Below, one piece after another: positions 60,857 through 64,000 of a stretch of 64,000 bases of DNA. This stretch comes from Patescibacteria group bacterium (GTDB taxonomy: Bacteria > Patescibacteriota > Minisyncoccia > 2-02-FULL-40-12 > GWA2-44-9). The DNA is taken from the NCBI GenBank assembly GCA_038064515.1, contig JBBTSY010000005.1:50093-114092 (forward strand). The letters run 5' to 3'. The notes beneath the pieces were generated by a model, which was not told the origin of the DNA, did not search any database, and saw nothing but the letters and a program-made list of their open reading frames with translations. Within the stretch, counting starts at the first letter, position 1; each line of letters opens with the position of its first letter. The position numbers and the translations under genes were made by a program.

Positions 60857-62128
60857 CTATTTCCTGTTGTTTTTCCTATTTTGTGGCAGTCCGTTCACCA
60901 CGGACACATTCGGAAGCATCGCGTGAGGATACATCACCCTACGTAGGAGTAGAAGCATCCCAAATGCGTAGAATGGGGCGCTCGGAATCGCCATGCTACA
61001 CAGATGAGACAACGGGCACACACGCGCCACATCAGCATAGCGTGACGGCCAGAGTCCGGGATTGGCTTCCAAAACTTCTGGGTAAAGCAACTTGATGTTC
61101 CGACGCGACTGGCGGGTCTCCTTCCGGCCTCTCCCCCTACTTCTGGTTTGGAGTTCGCGAGGGCACAATTCACGGCTGAGCACCCACAAGGCCGGGTTGA
61201 TCGCAAGGTGGGAAAACCCGTGCTTGACCATGAAGGGCTGTGACCACAAGGCGATCGTGTCAGTAATGCGCTCTGTCACACGAACGATATTCCTGCCATT
61301 AAAGTCAGCCGGGTGGATTTTCTTTCCTTGGAACGGTTGGAGATCTTCCGGCTCCACGACACCGGTTGCAAAAAGCGCACGTTGAGCGTGAAAGTCCACT
61401 GGGATCGGTGCTGGAAAGACGGGAATGAGCCCCTTCTCCTGAAGCCAGATGGTGAACAGCGAGAAGATCTTCCGACGTATGCCTATGAAGGAACGTAGGC
61501 CCTTGTTGATCTTATTCTTGTAGTCGATCCGGGCATACGCTTGTTCGAAATCTGTAACTCCCGCAAAGATGTTGAGCGTGTTGCCTCCCCAGCGCTCAGC
61601 GAGCGTGACGGAGTTGTGGTACCAGGAAGCCGCAAACTCATCGAGCTTGTAGAGATCCTCGTTCTTGCCACTCTTTTTCTTTTTGCGAGGCTTCGTAAGC
61701 TTGAAAAGAGCCGTTTGCTCTGGCTCGGGCACCCAACTCCTTCGTTCTGTAACCACCAGCTTGATGACTTCCTCTATCTTCTTGGGCATCCAACGAGAGG
61801 CAACCGCAAGCGGATCGAAGAGATCTGGATGTTTCACGCAGAGGTGGTTCACCCACTTAAAGGGGTCTTCGCTCACAACTCCCCCGCGCTGGGTGATGGC
61901 CGCATACATGAAGTAGTTGGCTGCCTGTATCGGATCTTCCGGAATCGGCCAGCGATCTTGAGGAAGTTTGATTCCTTCGAACACGCTAGCCTTGCGTTCC
62001 CAGAAGTCTTGCAAGATGGTAAAGAGCTGGACTGCACGTTCTTCGTTGAACCGAAGCTTCATGGACTCACCTTCTTTCGTTCGGTTTGAGAACGTAGCCA
62101 GCGTAACAGGCAATTTTAAATGATACAA
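60857..62128 (-). CDS. Hypothetical protein, GC-rich gene (true start possibly at internal MKLRFNEER)
   Basis: 423 aa and unrecognised. It is co-oriented with and upstream of the 341-aa ORF. Confidence 0.45.
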   Translation of the reverse strand: MYHLKLPVTLATFSNRTKEGESMKLRFNEERAVQLFTILQDFWERKASVFEGIKLPQDRWPIPEDPIQAANYFMYAAITQRGGVVSEDPFKWVNHLCVKHPDLFDPLAVASRWMPKKIEEVIKLVVTERRSWVPEPEQTALFKLTKPRKKKKSGKNEDLYKLDEFAASWYHNSVTLAERWGGNTLNIFAGVTDFEQAYARIDYKNKINKGLRSFIGIRRKIFSLFTIWLQEKGLIPVFPAPIPVDFHAQRALFATGVVEPEDLQPFQGKKIHPADFNGRNIVRVTERITDTIALWSQPFMVKHGFSHLAINPALWVLSRELCPRELQTRSRGRGRKETRQSRRNIKLLYPEVLEANPGLWPSRYADVARVCPLSHLCSMAIPSAPFYAFGMLLLLRRVMYPHAMLPNVSVVNGLPQNRKNNRK

Positions 62129-62162
62129 GGTACCTAATTCAGGTTGCCAGACCGCATAAATC

Positions 62163-63719
62163 GTGGTAGATTTCTTTGGTTCTATGGCACTTGAAGAAGC
62201 CCAAAATCAGGAAAAACAGCTTCGACCACCGGTGGTGGTTGTTTTGGGTCACGTGGACCATGGCAAAACCGCGCTTCTCGACACAATCCGCAAAACTAAT
62301 GTCGCCGGCAAGGAGTCGGGCAGTATCACCCAACATATCGGCGCCTACCAAGCCGAGATTAATGGAAGAAAGATCACGTTTCTCGATACGCCTGGCCATG
62401 AAGCATTTAGCGCCATTCGCTCTCGCGGAGCAAAAGTCGCCGATATAGCAATTTTGGTTGTCGCCGCCGACGAAGGCGTAAAGCCTCAAACAAAGGAAGC
62501 CATTCACATCATTAAAGAAACGAAGATCCCCGTCATCGTTGCTATCAATAAAATAGATAAGGCAGAAGCTAATCCCCAAAAGGTTCGTCAGGATTTGGCA
62601 GTTGAAGAGATCCTCGTCGAGGACTGGGGCGGCACCGTGCCCATAGTTGAGGTCTCGGCTAAAACGGGAAAAAATATCTCTGAACTCCTAGACATGATCC
62701 TGCTCGTTGCCGACATTGAAGAACTTTTGAGCGATCCCTCCGGTCCTACTAAAGGTATTATTATTGAATCAAGTCTCGATAAACGGCGCGGTTACGTTGC
62801 TACGGCATTAATCCAAGAAGGTACATTGCGCGTCGGCGACTGGATTGTCGTAGGAACTATAGTAGGCAAAGTGAAATCGATGGAAAGCTATGACGGTAAA
62901 GCTATGACTCAAGCAATTCCGTCCGATCCGGTACTCCTCACCGGCTGGTCGGAAACTCCCCACATCGGCAAACAGCTGAACGTGGCGACATCCAAGGCCG
63001 AAGCTGAAACACTGGCCGAAGACAACGTTGATCTCGCTCCCCTTCTTCTCTTTATGGGCTCCGAGCCTGCCGCCCAGAATCCCAACAAGAAAATTTTTAA
63101 TGTTGTTATTAAATCAGATGTATCAAGCTCGCTTGAAGCTATCGATTCTGCCCTAAAGACCATACAATCCGACGATGTCGGCTTTAATGTTCTTGATTAC
63201 AGCATTGGCAACATCACCGAAGGCGATGTTAAAGTGGCATCAAGCACCAAGGCCGCAATTCTCGGCTTTCGCGTTAGCGTGGAAGACTCGGCAAAGCGGA
63301 TAGCTGAAAAGCGTGGCATTAAAATCACGACTTACGACATCATCTATGAAATGATCGCTCGAGTGCGCGATGATATGTCGGAACTTTTGGAGCCGGAGGT
63401 CAAGCGCAATGCTCTTGGTAAGCTCCGCGTATTGGCAATTTTTAAAAAAGACAGCAAGTCCATCGTTTGCGGTGGCAAAGTTACCTCTGGCAAAGTCATC
63501 CGTGGCGCTCTCATAGATGTTATGCGCGGCAAGGATCTCGTCATGAGCGGCCGCTTGGCCCAGCTCCAACAGAACAAGCAGGACGTCATCGAGGTCAACG
63601 AAGGTCTTGAGGCGGGTATCCGGTTTGATATCGTCAAGAGCGCAACTCCGTCCTCGGAAATCAAAGAAGGTGATATATTAGAAGTGTACGAAGAAGAGAA
63701 AGTGCAAAGAAGTTTATAA
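62163..63719 (+). CDS. infB: Translation initiation factor IF-2 (short form lacking the long N-terminal region)
   Basis: The G-domain [22 protein letters not shown] and NKID motifs are present. Length is 518 aa. Confidence 0.9.
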   Translation: MVDFFGSMALEEAQNQEKQLRPPVVVVLGHVDHGKTALLDTIRKTNVAGKESGSITQHIGAYQAEINGRKITFLDTPGHEAFSAIRSRGAKVADIAILVVAADEGVKPQTKEAIHIIKETKIPVIVAINKIDKAEANPQKVRQDLAVEEILVEDWGGTVPIVEVSAKTGKNISELLDMILLVADIEELLSDPSGPTKGIIIESSLDKRRGYVATALIQEGTLRVGDWIVVGTIVGKVKSMESYDGKAMTQAIPSDPVLLTGWSETPHIGKQLNVATSKAEAETLAEDNVDLAPLLLFMGSEPAAQNPNKKIFNVVIKSDVSSSLEAIDSALKTIQSDDVGFNVLDYSIGNITEGDVKVASSTKAAILGFRVSVEDSAKRIAEKRGIKITTYDIIYEMIARVRDDMSELLEPEVKRNALGKLRVLAIFKKDSKSIVCGGKVTSGKVIRGALIDVMRGKDLVMSGRLAQLQQNKQDVIEVNEGLEAGIRFDIVKSATPSSEIKEGDILEVYEEEKVQRSL

Positions 63720-63721
63720 TT

Positions 63722-63794
63722 GGTGCCGTGGCGAAGAAGCAAACGCATTGGTCTGCAAAACCAACATTCGCGGGTGCAAGTCCCGCCGGCACCT
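63722..63794 (+). tRNA. tRNA-Cys (GCA)
   Basis: GGTGCCG-TG-GCGA-AGAAGCAA-ACGC-A-TTGGT-CTGCAAA-ACCAA-CATTC-GCGGG-TGCAAGT-CCCGC-CGGCACC-T, with discriminator U73. The T-loop is slightly atypical (G55). Confidence 0.75.
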
Positions 63795-63827
63795 CCCCAT
63801 TTCCTCTCAAAGTTGTATAATAATTAG

Positions 63828-64000
63828 GTGGACTTAAATATCGTCCGACCGAAAGATCTCTGGTATGCAGTTGGAATTATTGTTACAGACGGGAGCTTGA
63901 GTAAAGACCAAAGGCATATTTATATCACTTCAAAAGATAAGGAGTTACTTTTGAAACTTCGTAAAGCGCTTCACCTCAAAGTGAAAATAGGTAAAAAAGC
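63828..64000 (+). CDS. LAGLIDADG homing endonuclease, N-terminal part (runs off window)
   Basis: A GTG start is preceded by AGGTG. DLWYAVGIIVTDGSLSKD is the first LAGLIDADG motif. Confidence 0.55.
   Translation, partial: MDLNIVRPKDLWYAVGIIVTDGSLSKDQRHIYITSKDKELLLKLRKALHLKVKIGKK

Noticed and set aside
62139-62579. Minus-strand 146-aa ORF overlapping the start of infB
   Set aside because: It lies antisense to the highly conserved IF-2 G-domain and has no support.
63722-63900. tRNA-Cys with a group I intron encoding the LAGLIDADG ORF
   Set aside because: The tRNA is complete and contiguous (73 nt, anticodon GCA). The endonuclease ORF starts 33 nt after its 3' end.

Overview
The window looks like a Candidate Phyla Radiation (Patescibacteria-type) bacterial chromosome segment. 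Support for that placement, all read from the sequence: a 16S rRNA gene split by a ~1 kb intron carrying a LAGLIDADG homing endonuclease ORF and not followed by a 23S gene; a short-form IF-2; an orphan transketolase N-terminal subunit; a complete type IV pilus cluster next to comFC; a giant TM-anchored surface protein; a glycine-rich protein; and dockerin-bearing secreted proteins. Nearly all genes are on the minus strand. Housekeeping genes recognised: tkt-N, gap, rnhB, SpoU methylase, trmD, KH protein, leuS, tatD, metG, rsmI, AI-2E transporter, M16 peptidase, gatCA, ligA, infB, plus four tRNAs (Met-CAT, fMet, Ser-GCT, Cys-GCA). The strongest finding is a complete diversity-generating retroelement (DGR) between gatC and ligA. 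It comprises a reverse transcriptase, an Avd-like four-helix-bundle ORF on the opposite strand, a ~125-bp template repeat, and a C-terminal variable repeat in a GC-rich target gene; every TR/VR mismatch sits at a coding-strand adenine. A second noteworthy region lies between tRNA-Ser and infB and looks like an accessory/defence islet. It holds a convergent putative restriction endonuclease and C5-cytosine methyltransferase, a LexA-like S24 repressor divergent from a SEC-C-motif protein, and two GC-rich ORFs of unknown function. Other points: an in-frame TAA splitting a PKD/dockerin protein, intragenic tandem repeats in the giant gene, a (CCT)7 microsatellite in the Gly-rich gene, and a partial free-standing LAGLIDADG ORF at the window edge. 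No CRISPR array was seen.
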